Positions 49,391 through 63,508 of a stretch of DNA of 64,000 nucleotides are shown here, piece after piece; the stretch's first letter is position 1, and each line of letters begins with the position of its first letter. The notes beneath the pieces are model-generated. The model saw only the letters and a program-made list of their open reading frames with translations, was not told where the DNA came from and did no database searches. The position numbers and the translations under genes are program-made. The DNA comes from Sphaerodactylus townsendi (taxonomy: Eukaryota), in NCBI RefSeq assembly GCF_021028975.2, contig NC_059426.1:93992001-94056000 (forward strand). Reading direction: 5' to 3'.

Positions 49391-51777
49391 GCAAGCCTTA
49401 TGCAATGAGCCTGCTGTGGGCTTGCCAACTGAGGTAGTAATCCCCCCAAGTGTAGACCTTCTCCCCACTGCCATTTTGAGCTGGAGATAGCCACATAACC
49501 AAAAGCCGTGCGCCCAAGCCGCACACCACAGAGCCCCACCCCTCTGTCTCCCTGCAGGGGAGCCGGCCTGCAGTGAGGCAAGGCAGACTTGGCAGCAAGC
49601 AGTTGCCCAAGCTGCCTGCTGCTGCCAAGCCCCACCCCCGGCCTTTGTGCAGACCAGCTTTTGCCCTCCTCAGGCCCTGCTGGCCTGCACAGAGTGTAGG
49701 AGCAGGGCTTGGCCTGCATGCAGGCAGGGGGTGGGGCTCAGCACCCCTGAGCCATGTCCTTGAGCACATGGGGGCACAGGGGCAGGGGGCACAGGGGCCA
49801 CCCGGAGAAGGTGTCTTAGATGCCATCCCCCCCAATACACCTCTGCACCCACCTCATTCCCAATCTGATCTGGCAAGCCCGTCAGTCGAGGTACCCACCC
49901 CACTCCCAACTTGGCCTGGTGAGCTACCCCACCCCACTCCTCCGGTGTCAATCTGAACTGGCAAGACTTATGCAATGAGCCTGCTGTGGGCTTGCCAACT
50001 GAGGTAGCAATCCCCCCCCAAGTGCAGACCTTCTCCCCAGTGCCATTCTTGGCTGGAGATAGCCTCCCTCCAGAATCAATCTGGGCTGGCAAGCCCACTG
50101 GCGACGGACCAGTCCAGGATTCAGTTTGACCAAATCAGATTAATGTCATATCCAGTCCTCATAACCAATCAGTTCAACACTCCTCTTTTAAGGCGACACT
50201 AAACCTCTATTAAAGTCCAAGCAGAGCAACTGCTGCATATTTATGAATTTTTTTTTATTAAAACATTTTTGCCCACATCTCCTTGTAGTTCAAATCAAAG
50301 AGAATGAATTTCCATTACCTATTAACCTTGATACTAATATATAGCAAAAAAAATAAACATTAACACCAAAAACCAGCTTTAGGCTTGGATGTTTCTGTTC
50401 TTATTAATGAATCAACTGATTAGAGAGGAGAAACATGTAAGCAGAATCAAGTACTAATAAATAAATTATGGAAAGTGAAAAGGTAATTTTTCACCCTTCT
50501 CAATTTCCCTCTGCTATTTTTCCTTCACTCCAGTACTGGAGCTACTGACATTGGCTACTGACATTGGCTAGAGGGAAATATGTGAAAATATCCTTGGAGA
50601 AAGGCTGTGAGGCAAAGGTTAAGCTCCCATTCCTACTTACTGATTCATACTTGCAAATGATCTTTCTGTCACTACATTAGAATTATGATCATAAATGCAG
50701 ACATGATTTTCTAATGTACATATTGAAAGGACTAGAAAATAAGTGCTAATGGTACAAATGCACATGAATTTTGCCATACCTTCATGACATATTTTTGTCA
50801 ATTAATGCACTGTTTGTGAAAGAATGATGATCCCACTACAAATGCTACAAAATGCTACAAAAAGACATTTTTCATTAAAGTAAAAACTGCAAAATCAGAT
50901 TTGTGAAGCCACCCTGCCCTACTGCATGCCTGTTGTACATACCTGGGAGGGTATGTGTGTACCATTTCAGGGTCTGTTTTATTGGACCTGAAAATTTTTT
51001 TGGAAAAACTACAAAAAATCCAAGTACTCATACTGGTAAAGCCCCCCCCCCCCCCGTTTTTGGATATCTGAAAAATGTCCAGCTCCGTTAAACTCTATGG
51101 AAAATGTGGCGGGGGGGGGGGCTGGAGGGCTATTTTTCAAGGTATAGGCATCAAATTTGCAGCACAGTTGCAGGTGACCTTCTTTAGAAGGACCCCCAGT
51201 TTGGTGATGTTTGAGTCAGGGGTTCAATTTTATGGGTACCGAAATTTTATGGATCCCCAAAAGGAATGCCCCCATCTATTCAATGTTTTCAATTCTTTCC
51301 AGTGGAAGACAGAGGCACCAAATTTAGGGGTCCATAAAATTGGCCTTGCTAATCCATATTTCACCAGACTTGGCAGTTCTTTTGAAGAGAATCACCTGGA
51401 GTTGTGCTGCAAATTTTGTTCTTCTTCATTGAAAAACAGCCCCCCAGAAACCCTACAAATTCCCCATAGATTTTAATGGGCTAATGTCACACCCAAGAAT
51501 TTCCTGGGAAAAGTTCCAACAGTGACTTCAATGGTGATGGGGAACTGTTTGTTTCAATTACCTACAATGGGAGATCTTTGTGGGGCTCTGGGGGGGGGGG
51601 CTGCTTTTCAAGGAAGAGGCACCAAATTTGCAGCACAGCTGCTGGTGACTCCCCTGAGAAGAAATTTGGTGAAGTTTGGTTCACGGAGTCCCATTCCGTG
51701 GGCACTTAGAATCAGAAACCTTTAATGGCATTTTAAAAAACAAATGCAGGTCCAGTTGGTTGTCATTACATATAATA

Positions 51778-52790
51778 ATCTATCTATATCTATAAATATA
51801 AAAAGCTAACAGTGTTTTTGTTGATGATAGTATAACTCAGTAACTGCTGGGCCAATTCCTCTGAAAATTCCCAACCTCTATAGTCAGCCAGGTGAGAGTG
51901 TTTTTAGATGTTCACATACCTGAAATTTCACACCTGGCCCAGGTAAAACACCTTTTTCCTGGCCCTCCATGGTGAAGGACATGCCTGTGAGTAACTGTCA
52001 CCCTCAGAATGTTCGTGCAGCTTAGATTGTTCACTCAGATGGCAAGATATGAGCAGTGAAAACAGTACATAGACAGTAACTCTAGTGGAAGTGAAACACA
52101 TACACACATATACACATGAGGGAGAGGGAAGGGTGGCATGCAAGGGAAGAGAGGGAGGGAGAGGAAAGGGATGGAGGGGGAGGCATGCAAGGGAAGAGAA
52201 GTGAGAGAGGGGAGACAGTGAGGGATGGCATGCAAGGGAGGGGAAGAAGGGGCCTAGCATCTTGATATGACCCACCCACCCTAGCGGAGGGAAAGAAAAG
52301 AGAAGGAGGGGAGGGGTGGCATGCAAGGGAAGAGAAGTGAGGGAGGGAAGAGAGTGAAGGGCGGCATGCAAGGGACGGAGGGAGGGGCCAGGCACCCTAG
52401 ATTCCCTAAATACTGCTGTTACAGTTAAGAAAACCAGGCACGCATTACTCAGGAGTAAGCTCGGTACAGCAACCGTGACATACTTTGAATGGCTACGTCG
52501 CGCCCCTCAGAGGGTTTCCTCAGAAGCGACACCCATTGCCACCAACCAAACTTACTCCCAGGTAAAAGATCATGACCAGCCAGCCTAGATGTGTGGGAGG
52601 TGTGCCTTTCCATTCCCCCCCCCCCCAAGGAATGCGGGCACACACATCAATGACATCACACAGTATCAGGCTGCGTGTTTGCATGAGCACGTACTGCTGG
52701 CCTCTGCAATTGATTTGCTGCTACTGTTCCTTTTCCATTTCACCACAATAAGCCACAGCAACGTGTGGCCGGGCCCCGCTAGTGATATCT
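51778..52790 (-). mobile_element. Second Helentron-like element, opposite orientation, with ggcatgcaaggg purine-rich tandem repeat
   Basis: Ends are reverse complements of those at 41106/43027. Confidence 0.65.
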
Positions 52791-55441
52791 AAATATAAAA
52801 TCATACATAACAATAACTATACCAGCTATTGCATTATCTGAAAGGCCAATTCACATTTTTCTGCTCCTCTTTTTAGCTCCAGATATTCTATTTGAGATCT
52901 TTAGATCAGTTCTGTGGTCAGAAAAAGTGCCACCAAGGCACTCAAATGGAGGAAAACGGATGCCCATAAAATTAGTTCCTCTCACTAAACTTCACTAAAC
53001 TTGGGGGTTCTTCTGAAGGGAGTCACCAGAGGCTGTGCGGCAAATTTGGAAAATTTGGCTGTGCGGCAAATTTGGTGCCTCTACCTTGAAAAATAGTCCT
53101 GTCCCCACTGCATGAGCCCTGCAAAGATTTCCCATGGAATTCAACTGGAACAAAACAATTACCCAGGCCCCCATCCTCCCATTGTTTCCAATGGAGGAAA
53201 AAACAGCTTTCCTGCTCCAGTGGACAAGCAAAGAGGGATGCTTATGAGCACCTACAAGACAATGTGTTCATTCCAAGAACCAACACAAGTCCAATAGAAG
53301 CATACCACAACCCAATCCAGTGGAACCACAAATCATGAAGCCTAACAGAACCAATGTTCCCTCATTCCCAGAGAAACAAACGCAAGAAAATCAAAACAGG
53401 AGGCACTTATGCCTGCTGATATGAAGCTGCAAGCCAATCCAATGCACAGGTGCTCAGCAAATCCCAAGCACATTCTGGCAGCACAAGCCTAGCAAAGTCC
53501 AACCACACAATGCCAGATCCACTATGTATGTTCTCAACAAAACCCAGGCAGCACAAACTCAACAGAACTCATGTCCAACCAAACAACAGCAAAAAAAATA
53601 CACTAAAAGCAAAAAATAAAATACCACCTAAAATACCACCTAAATACCAAAAAATAAAATGCCACTAAACTACACACAAAAATGCCACCAACTAAACTAC
53701 AAACAAAAAACCCAACCAACAACCACACTACCAAACAGAAGAAGACAACCAGTCTCTCAGAGACACCCAAAAAAACCAGCTCAGAAAAAAAAATCCAGCA
53801 GAGCAACCCACACAAAAAGGGTCCTAAAAATACAACCAACCAACAAAACAAAACCTTAAATAATTTTTCCAGAGAGGCAAACCAAACTCTAGCAGCTGCA
53901 CTGCCTTTAAGCCTTGCTAGGCTCTGAGTTCCCACCAACCCACCAACAGACTAAAGACTAAAAAGTTCACACAAAAATACAAATTATTAAAAAAATAAAC
54001 CAATTATTTCAAGCTGTTTGATGTCTTCTTCTCAAGGCAGCAGGCAGGCAGCAGGAATCCAAATGTAGGAAGGCAGGCAAAGCACCAGAAACTCAGAGGA
54101 AGGAGCAGCAGCTAAGCCCAAACTTTGCGCTGAACTCTCTCAAACGTCTGTCTGGAATGGGGACTGCTGGAACCAGGCCTCCAGTTTATGCTCCTTGGCC
54201 ATGCACAGAAATATTTGAAAGAAATTCAGGCCAAAAACACCTTCTTTTATTAGCAAGGGAGCAGTGTTGTCCTTATCCTGAAATCCTATTTGCCATTCTA
54301 ACTTTCTGACCCCACGTCTACCCTCCCCTCTCTATAGGTTGCTGCAACCCACATTAGGACTGCAGCAGCCTAGCAAAAATGTAATGCAAAATGCATTACA
54401 GCCATTGGCTGAATAGGAAATCTCCAGTGAGCTCTCCTATTTGTCCATTCAAGATGCCTCTCCACCTCCCTCCTTTTGCCCTGGAAACCAGGCAAAGGGC
54501 AGAGAAAGATTGCTCCTTCCAGAGCAATCCAGCAAGATGGGGCAGCTTTGTCAATCCAGCAAAAACTACCTGGAAGCCTAGCAGAGTATTAGTCAAAGTA
54601 AGTTTAAAGGGGCGTTAAAATTTAAAGTCCAATTGCCAGTTTCACAAATGGGCTTTAAAATTTTACATGGTATTAGAAAAGCAAATTTTTCCTAGCTTTT
54701 CGGCTTTATCCAGATAGCTGAGGGAGATAGGGGGAGTTACACTTGGCACAACTGAATGCACACCCCTTGTACATACTATTTTTCCTGCTCAGCATAATAT
54801 CTGCATAATTATTTCCCTCAGGTATTTCTAATACCTTTCTTTGTCATCAGAATGTCCGTTCTCAATTTCACACTTTTCAACCAACTTTATTATTAAATTA
54901 TGTTCTGCCAATATCAGGTTTGCCGGCACTATGAGGAACATGTACCTCAGAAAACAAAATCTAACAGCCAGCTCTTCAATACCAGATTTGCTATGACCCA
55001 AGATATTAACTAAAGTAACTTATATGCTAAGCATTAAAATTCACATTATATTTTTGTTTAACACATTCACAACTTTCTCCTATGTGATGGTTGACTTCAG
55101 ATGATCTACAGTATTAGGATATCCTTAATAGTGAATAACATGAACCCAAATAATCACATATCTTAGGTTTAATATATCTATAGGGCACCATTTAAAAATA
55201 TATATACACAAAGCACAAAAATTGAAAGATATTTTACACAAATAGACAAACCAGGAAAAAGAATAGAATAGGGGTGCGGTCCTATGTTTATTGATGCTAT
55301 GTTTATTGTTTTTTTCTTACTTGGTGTTATGATTACTGATGTTTGGTATTATACTGTTGTTGTTCACCGCCCTGAGCCCTTCGGGGGAGGGCGGTATACA
55401 AATCGAATAATACAATACAATACAATACAATAAATAACATT

Positions 55442-56796
55442 GGTCCATTCTGCACAGCACAAATAAGACATTCTGAGGACCTAAAAAAGGATGGGAAGGA
55501 ATTCCGCACAGCTTTTTTCCCAAGACGTCCTCAGGATGCTTTATTTCTGCTCAAGGTGTCTTTTTTGAGAATGCTTTAAAGTACACCTTTTTTTCTCAAC
55601 TGCCTGCAAGACATCTCCTGCCTGATTGTGCAGAATGCAGAGCTCAGGGGGCATCTTCTTTTTCTCACCCAATCGTTTTGCTCCTGGTCAGTTTCACCCT
55701 CAGTTTGCACCTAACATTTTGTGTGCAGTTGCCCTCCTGCCACCATTTGCAGAAGTTGCCCCAGGACATTTACTCTGCAGGCTCCAATCCTGGGTGCATT
55801 TTCAGCCCAAAAAGTACATAGTTGTACTCTGCTCATCCTGCCAATTCCAGCAATGAGAACCCGCATGGTGTAGTGGTTAAGAGCAGGTGGATTCTAATCT
55901 GGAGTACTGGGTTTGATTCCACACTCCTCCACCTGAGTGGCAGAGGCTTATCTGGTGAACCAGATGTGTTTTAGCACTCCTACCTTCCTGCTGGGTGACC
56001 TTGGGCTAGTCACAGTTCTTTGGAATTCTCTCAGCTCCACCTGCTTCACAAGGTGTCTGTTATGGGGAGAGGAAGGGAAGGAGCTTGTAAGCCACCTTCA
56101 GTCTTCTTACAGGAGAGAAAGGTGGGATATAAATCCAAAATCTTATTCTGCTTCAATGTTTAGTTTCCCTATTGTTTTTATTTTTGAAGAGCTATCATTG
56201 TAGCTACACAGGCACCCATAAGAGATTCTTGCTGCTTGGAAGATGAGTCTGCCATCTTCTGAGTTAACCTGCCCTGCACAAAATTGGTCACAGAAAGCAG
56301 TTCTACCCAATGCTTTTCAATGGGCAGCAGATCCATCTTCTGAGTGGCTAAGATTCTTGATTTGTGTCTGCGTAGCTCTGGAGATAGCTCCTCAATTAAA
56401 AACAAAATAGGAAAACTATAGATTGCTGAAATTGGCAGGACAAGCTGAGTACAACTATGTACTTTTGGGGCTGTAAAGGCACCCATGATCATAGCCAGCA
56501 GAGCAAACGTCCGAGGGCAACCTTTAGCAAATGGCAGCAGGAAGAATCCCTTCAACTGCACACAAATGTCAGGCACAAGCTGAGGGTGAAACTGACCAGA
56601 GAGAAAAATGGTTGGGTGGGAAAAGCCAAACAAGAACATACTATTTGCATAGCATGGATATTCACACACATCAGATGCCACCTCTCTTTAAGAAGTCCTC
56701 TGAATGTTTTATTTTAAGTGTGTAGTATGCAAAGAAGCAGTCAATCCTTTTTAAGATGTCCTCCAGATGTCTTTTTTGTGCTGTGTGGAATGGACC
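55442..56796. mobile_element. Harbinger-like non-autonomous element with long inverted arms
   Basis: TIR ggtccattctgcacagcaca / tgtgctgtgtggaatggacc; 3-bp TSD att; ~55660-55850 pairs with ~56420-56610. Confidence 0.75.
55853..56155 (+). mobile_element. tRNA-derived SINE (Squam3-like)
   Basis: A box tggtgtagtggt, B box ggtttgattcc, LINE-like tail; another copy at ~60735-60995. Confidence 0.8.
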
Positions 56797-56961
56797 ATTA
56801 TTCAAAAATCATGAGTAATTGGAGAATCCATCAACAAAATAAACAACTGGCAAAGATTCAACTTATACTAATAGTACAAGAGCCATTAAGACCTGTTCTC
56901 ACAAGCCAAGGTGAAAAATAACATCATGGAATTCTTGTTCCATAAAAATGTAAATATTTAC

Positions 56962-57021
56962 CTGTAACAATCCAATATTCTCTGGTTGTTTCTGAAATAT
57001 CAAGGTTTGGATATTCCAAAG
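56962..57021 (-). CDS. KIAA1549L: KIAA1549L internal coding exon (60 nt, phase 1-1): xLEYPNLDISETTREYWIVT
   Basis: Poly-T tract and acceptor tttcaaag|, donor ACAG|gtaaat. Peptide matches the recalled KIAA1549L segment PLEYPNLDISETTRDYWVIT and joins the next exon in frame. Confidence 0.93.
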
Positions 57022-59483
57022 CTTTGAAATAAAAAAAAAAGAGGCATTAGTCTATAATAATTAATTACCCAATTTATTTAAGGATCTAAAACTGATTTTT
57101 ATAATGCTAAACAAACTTTATCAATATGTCTTTACCACAATTTAATCTCATATAAATACTGAATGGTAGCTCAGGTTCAGATAGTGGGATGGTTTGGATT
57201 ATGTCTTTCTAATGTGTAGAGCTGGAGTTAGAGCTCCCTTTCATGCAGTCCATAATGCCTGAGACATCCAAACATGAGCATACTATTTGCATAGCATGGA
57301 TATCCACACACATAAAAAGCCTCTCATTATTGGTTCATGTTGGCCCCAACATTTTTATTATTTTTCTTTACTATTGTAGTAATGTTGGTTTTCTCTATTT
57401 CCACTGATTTCAATGGGAAGCAGATGTTTGTCTATAGCCTTTTCTCTATTAGTCAAGAAACTGCCAGGAATTTAACCCCTTGCCCAACAGATCCTCCCAC
57501 CTAAATTTTGTTCAGAGAAAACACTTCAATTTTTATATGCAGCTAAAATACTCATTTGGTAGAGGCAGATATTTGGAAACCTAAAAAAACAGGTGCTGGC
57601 TAAATCAAATACAATAAATGGCAATCCTCGTGGGTTAGTCCACCCACTTATATCTAAATGAAGCTGGGAGACTATTTTCAAACAAAAATTGACTACATAG
57701 GCATGACCTGCTGCCTTGGTGCACCTTACCTCACTGCACTTAAGTGCTTGAAGCATTTGAATTCTATCCAGACTCTACCTGAAGTGGTTTGACTAAAAGA
57801 AAAATGCACATAGACCCCACCTCTCCAGCTCTCTGTACATATAGAACTTTAGACTGTTTGTCCTTTCTCCATTCTGAGGCTAATAGGATCTAGAGGGTTT
57901 TTAAGTGAGGTGATGGTGTGCAAGGACTTTTTAAAGGAGCATTAAAGACACTGAGAAACATTAGAACATACACTTCAGTGATCTCTTGTGTCTCATTCAG
58001 TCTGGCCCTGTTTTGTGCATACGCTGGGCACAGAATTTGCCCTTGCATTTGCACTACCTGACTGCATGCCAGTGTATTCAATCAAAGCATTTGGCAAGCA
58101 GCAGATAACGCCTGTCATTGGGAAAAGGAAGTGTGGCATTCTCATACACTTCCCCTGTAGTGCTGCCTGTAGTGCTGCCTGTCCATATGCCAATGTATGT
58201 TAACAGGTGTAGCCTAAGGAAGAATAGGACAGTAAGCAAAAAGAAGAAACTGCATTAGAATATAATCAAATGCCTCAAGCAAATTCTCTCTTACCTAGTG
58301 TAACATGAGGAGTCATTGAGCCATTAACTAGTTTTGACTAGCAGTTATAAAAAATAATAAAGATTTGTGTGTTATCTAAAGTTACTGTATTCGCAAACAC
58401 AATTTTTTTGTTCTTCTGAATTATCACATTTAAAGAAATGTGTGTAAAACACAGAGACATCAGCCTAATCCCTGTTGAAATCCATATGGTCAAGAGGAGA
58501 TATTGAACACAGATAGTTAATGTGTCTAAATTGGCTCTATAACATAGGCATATATGACTGCATACAATATATGCACATGGCTGCATGTTACACACACAGT
58601 ACATATAAATGTATGCAAACTGCTATTTAAAAATCTAAGTTATACAAAAGTTTACTCAGTGCTTTTATTAAGGAAACAGCATATGAAACTGACCACTGGT
58701 ACTGTGTTTTCTGTAAAAAATTTAACTATCAAACTTTAACTGCACATTTCTACCACAGCTCACAAAGAGTTTGAAAGACTCCTTACCAATCTGCTAGGAA
58801 ATTAAGCCTTTGGAGAATGCTTTCAGTATTTGCCTGATGAATTAAACGCCTTTCAGTATTATGTTAAAAGCCCGCAGACAATTTTTCCAGGCAAACGTTT
58901 ACAGAAGAGAAACCATAAATACTGTATGCTCTGCAGGTTTGCCAAGTAGCATAGCAACAACATAAAAGAACTAAGCAGCCTTACCAAAGCACAGTGTTTT
59001 ATGGTACTGTTCACATAAGCTTTGGAGGAGGATTGAAAGCCAGTGTGGTGAGGTATGGTGCTAAAGGTGTTGGACTAGGAAGGACCCCATTGATGTCTGC
59101 GAGGTGATCTTGGACCAATCACATACTCTCACTGTGATCCAGGGTAGTATTTGGGTAGGAGACTCTCCAAGGAATACCAGGGCTGAGACACAGAGCCAAG
59201 CACCACCAAACATCTCTTGCCTTGAAAAACCTACAGGTTTACCATAAGTCAGTTGTGATCTAATGGTAAAGGGAAGGGGGAGTATGCAGGAATTACTACA
59301 TATACAGAGCCCTTCAGGGACGGGGCGGTATAGAAGCCTATACCGGGACAACAAAGATAATTCAGAAGTGACATTCACACAGTACATGAAGACTGATTAT
59401 CAGTATACACCTCCACACTCTTATTTACAAAACTAATTACTGAGCACTTGGGCCAAGGAAGCAGCTGCAACTTTGGTAACTCT

Positions 59484-59977
59484 GGCTGTTTCTGCATGGG
59501 CGGAATACAGCGACCCAGGGATGCTAAAAACAGCATCCCTGGGGAGGGGTTCACACAGCCTCGCAATCCCTGAGCGGCGTGAAGCCGCTGTTTCCGAACC
59601 TCGCTCCCTGGCCGAGGTATTTCGGAAACAGCGGCTTCCAACTGCTGCCATGCGAATGGCAGCGACTGGAAGGCGCCATCCCCTTCCTTTTCTCGAACGC
59701 CTTAACTTCCCTCCGACCTTCCAGCACATTGTCCAGGCCTGGGGACATGCCCCCCACCCTGCGACTCCAGAGCTGTCACGCAGGGCAGGAGTGTGTGTCC
59801 CCTGGCCTGGGCGACGCGCCAGAAGGTCGGAGGGAAGGGAAGGCATTCGGGCGACGGCACAGCACTGCGCCCTCTTCCCCGCCCCTACCGGGACCGTTCG
59901 TGAGAAAGGTCCCAGGGGGGTGCGTCGGCATTGTATACGCCGATGCACCCCCCGAGCGTGGCCGTACGGAAACGGCC
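59484..59977. mobile_element. Young CpG-rich Harbinger-like MITE
   Basis: ggctgtttctgcatgg / ccgtacggaaacggcc; tct/tcg flanks. Confidence 0.65.
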
Positions 59978-62900
59978 TCGGATTCCAACAGCAATAGCAC
60001 TTCCACCTACACCTTAGACCCGTTCATTGTACTGTTAATTTTATGATTGACAACTATAAAAACATGTGTGAAGCAATTGAAAAATAAACATGCCTTTTCC
60101 TTGAAAAGAATCACGACAAATGAAAAAGTCCATTCATTTAGCTTGAAAATCAACCATTGTAAAAATTCAGAACAGGCCAAAGTTCATCAAAATGTAGAAT
60201 ATGTAGAAACAGTTGAATGCAGCTGCAAAAAATGGTTTCTTCCAACTCAATCTAGCCCACAAGATTGCTCCCTACCTTGATGCAACCAATTTTGTCACCT
60301 GGATCCATGCCACAATAAGGTCAATTCCGCACAGTAAATGTATAACAATTGCAGTTGTTATAAGGGAACCCATTTTCCTTTTCCCTGTTCACATGCATAC
60401 TGTGCAGGCAGCGATTGAAGCCCATAGAAACAATCTGGGTTGCTTTTGTGACTTTGCACGGAGATATTTCTCCCTTTTTAAAATTTCCTGCAACACATGT
60501 ATAGCTGGGCAGGCATGCAGAAATGAACCCCACAGTCATGGCAATCATTGCACAATTACGATCAGCTGCACCTGCGAAGCTACTCAGGTGGAACACAAAA
60601 AATTCCTAGGGTTGAGGGAAATAAAATGGGGCAGACTCATTTTGGAGATGAGACCTGTGTGAAGTCCCCCTCCGGCCCAAAAAAACAGTTTATATAGTTT
60701 CCGACATCCATTATATTTGCCCTGACCAGAATACACCTATCATTGAGTCTAGGCTATTCTAATGCACTCTACATTTGCAGAACCAGTTTTGATTCCCTAC
60801 GCCTCCACTTGAGCAGCAGACTCTTATCTGGTGAACTGGATTTGTTCCCCCACTCCTCTATATGAAACCTGCTGGATGACCTTGGGCTAGTCATAGTTCT
60901 CTCAGAACTATCTCAGGTAAGGGCAGGAGTTTGTAAACTGCTTTGAGATTCCTTACAGGAGAGAAAGGTGGGGTATAAATCCAACCTCTTCTTCTGAATC
61001 AAGAAGATGTAGAAGAAGGTCAACTTAGAAACTCCAATTGGTGCAGAACACCATAGGAACAAGGCGGAGCATGCAACTCCCAATTCGCAGTCACTCCATG
61101 GTATGACTCAGTTACCGGGCTAAATTCAAGGTACTGGCTATCATATACAAAGCTCTTCATGACCTTGGTCCCTTATATCTGCAGGACAACTTCTCCCCCT
61201 ATTCTCTGCCATGTAAGATTTGTTCATCAGAGCAGAGCCTCCAGCACATGCCACTCTGCAAATGGATGAATCAACAACTGCACATACGTGCACATTCTCT
61301 ATTGTGGCCCTCATCTTGAGGAACAGCCTGCCCAACAAGGTAAGGAAGGCTCAGACCCTCCTGACCTCTTGCCTTTCCCTGTATTTGCAGTTGAGCTCCT
61401 AAAACCCCCCAGAAAACCCCCTCTTGGGGCTGCCATTGTACCACAGACTGTCAGTCAAATCCTAGTGGTCCCCTGATTGGCCCCTTTGCTCACAGGCCCG
61501 CCTCTCTTCTTAGGCCAGGGAGGGGAGAGGCAGGTGCAGCTCTCTTGTGGTTGTTTCTCTGCTGCTGCTAGGCATATCTGGTTCTTCCTCCGCCGCCTGG
61601 CTGTTTTGCCTCCAAGCCCAGCCTCCTACCTGCCTTCCCTGGCTCCATCAGTTCTCCCTGCTCAGCTCCAACTGCCTGTCTGCAGCAGTGACACATGGCC
61701 CGGTGTTCTGGTGCTTCCTCACAGCCCCGTCCCAGGTCTTTGGGTGAGTGCAGCTTGGGGGGGGGGGGGCGGCAGCAACAGCAGGGAGAAGTGCAGTAGC
61801 CATGGCAGAGATCAGGATGGCAGGCATGGCCATTCCCCTGATTATTTTTTACTTTTCATAAAACTGATATTGACATTGGAGTATGACAGATGAGGATCTT
61901 CCTCCCCTGTCCTCCCTGATCATACATCCCTGCTAACCAGTCTCCTATAGCTGGGATTACATGGCAGGATTTACAGGTCAGACTGTTCAAAAAATTTAGA
62001 AGTTAAGCACAGGGACCTCTGCATTTATACTCATCACAGTCTGGTTGGTCTAATTAACTTTTTGATCACTGAGGGATAGAATGACTTTCAGTAACTTACA
62101 TAAGAAACTTCAAAGGAATATTTTTTGTCAACACTAACCAGTGAGGGTGAGGAACTCAAAGTAAAATCACGAATGCTTATTTTTCAAAAGCAGCTTTTAA
62201 ACTATACATGAAAGAATCTATAAGAATGTAGGAGATTGTTTTAAACTCAAGCACAACTAATAGTTGCCTGTGGGCTTCTGCTTTTCCTTGAAGTGTGCTA
62301 CTTGCTATGTACTACCTTTACCATAGAACACTGGCTAAATTAGAAATCTATGACTGGATCCTCCGACGAATTTTTTAAGCAAAGTGGCAGCTGCACACAT
62401 TTCTGGTATGGATCACACCATGTAGAGAAGGGTTTCAATAACTCAACCTCTGCATTAGTTGGCCAGTCAAGTTCACCTTCCTTGTGCTGAAATTTGCCGT
62501 GAAAGGATAAAAAAGACAGCAGTTGTCTTTTGCCTGTCTTTCCCCCACCCACCTCTTTCAAGGGCTGATAGTAGCATGTTTTCCATGGGCAAAATCTATG
62601 GGGCACTAGAATAAACAAACATCATTTTCCCTCATGTGGTTCTTATCTGCACTGGAACAAGAGTAACCTACAACATTGCTTTATAAAACCATGGTAACAT
62701 ACTACTCTCTCAGCATCTGACTCCCTTTTATCTCTTTTGATGCAGTGCAAGGAGATGTAAATGGGTCTTAGATGTCTATCATGTTTTCACGGAATGTAAC
62801 TTAAAAAGGGAAAGATGTCTTAAAATTGTAATACGTAATACAGTCCTTGCAATCTTTTTTATTCTGTCAATCTGTTTGCTACCTTTCTTTGTTACCCTAC

Positions 62901-63508
62901 TTCATTTTCTGCTCAGTTGTGAGCACTTAGGAGAAGGAAATTATAAACCATTTCACCCATTTATCCGACTTCCAACCCTTCTCATGTCATGGTCAAGTAG
63001 GTACAAACTTCTCCCACTACTTAGCACGGATAGCATGTAATGTGGGCACCTTCATATTTTGTGAAGAATCAGTGATATTTTTAAGTGGAGTGCAGATTCA
63101 TCAGGTGCTGCTCTGCCACCTCCAGAGGGCTTGAGACCAGAGATATGATATGAATCTCAATAACAATCTATTGAGCATTTAGGAAACATTGGGGGGGGGG
63201 GGGAATTGGAACAGATCTAGAAAGGTTTTTCAGAGGTAACCATAGATGATGTCACAGAAGTTACAGTCTGGGAAGTGAGCAAGGGGTTTTTATATCTGAG
63301 GTTTATTTATATCTGAGGTCTCATTTCAAAAAGAAGATAAAGAACAACGAAGGAAATATAAGATGAAGTTGCTGAGGAAAAATATCATAATCCTAAAAAA
63401 CATAATAATCCTGATGAGACTCTTACTAGGGCATTAAATTGGGCCAAATAGCAATTAGGAAGTTTAAATGTATATAAGATTAATCAGAATATGTTGTTCA
63501 TTAGGCAG

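Noticed and set aside
53450-53990. K/N/T/Q-rich and F/L/V-rich ORFs
   Set aside because: Low-complexity A/C-rich strand bias.
55860-55930. tRNA gene
   Set aside because: The A/B boxes belong to a SINE head followed by a SINE body and tail; no cloverleaf.
58295-58327. 33-nt frame-preserving segment with gtaaga donor
   Set aside because: Purine-rich acceptor with a competing upstream AG; no other support.
59375-60046. Overlapping ORFs of ~90-175 aa
   Set aside because: Compositional artefact of a CpG-rich MITE.
62340-62618. 92-aa ORF as an upstream KIAA1549L exon
   Set aside because: No resemblance to the expected upstream peptide (...ELVGFYLTYPPLTIAE); that exon seems to lie outside the window.
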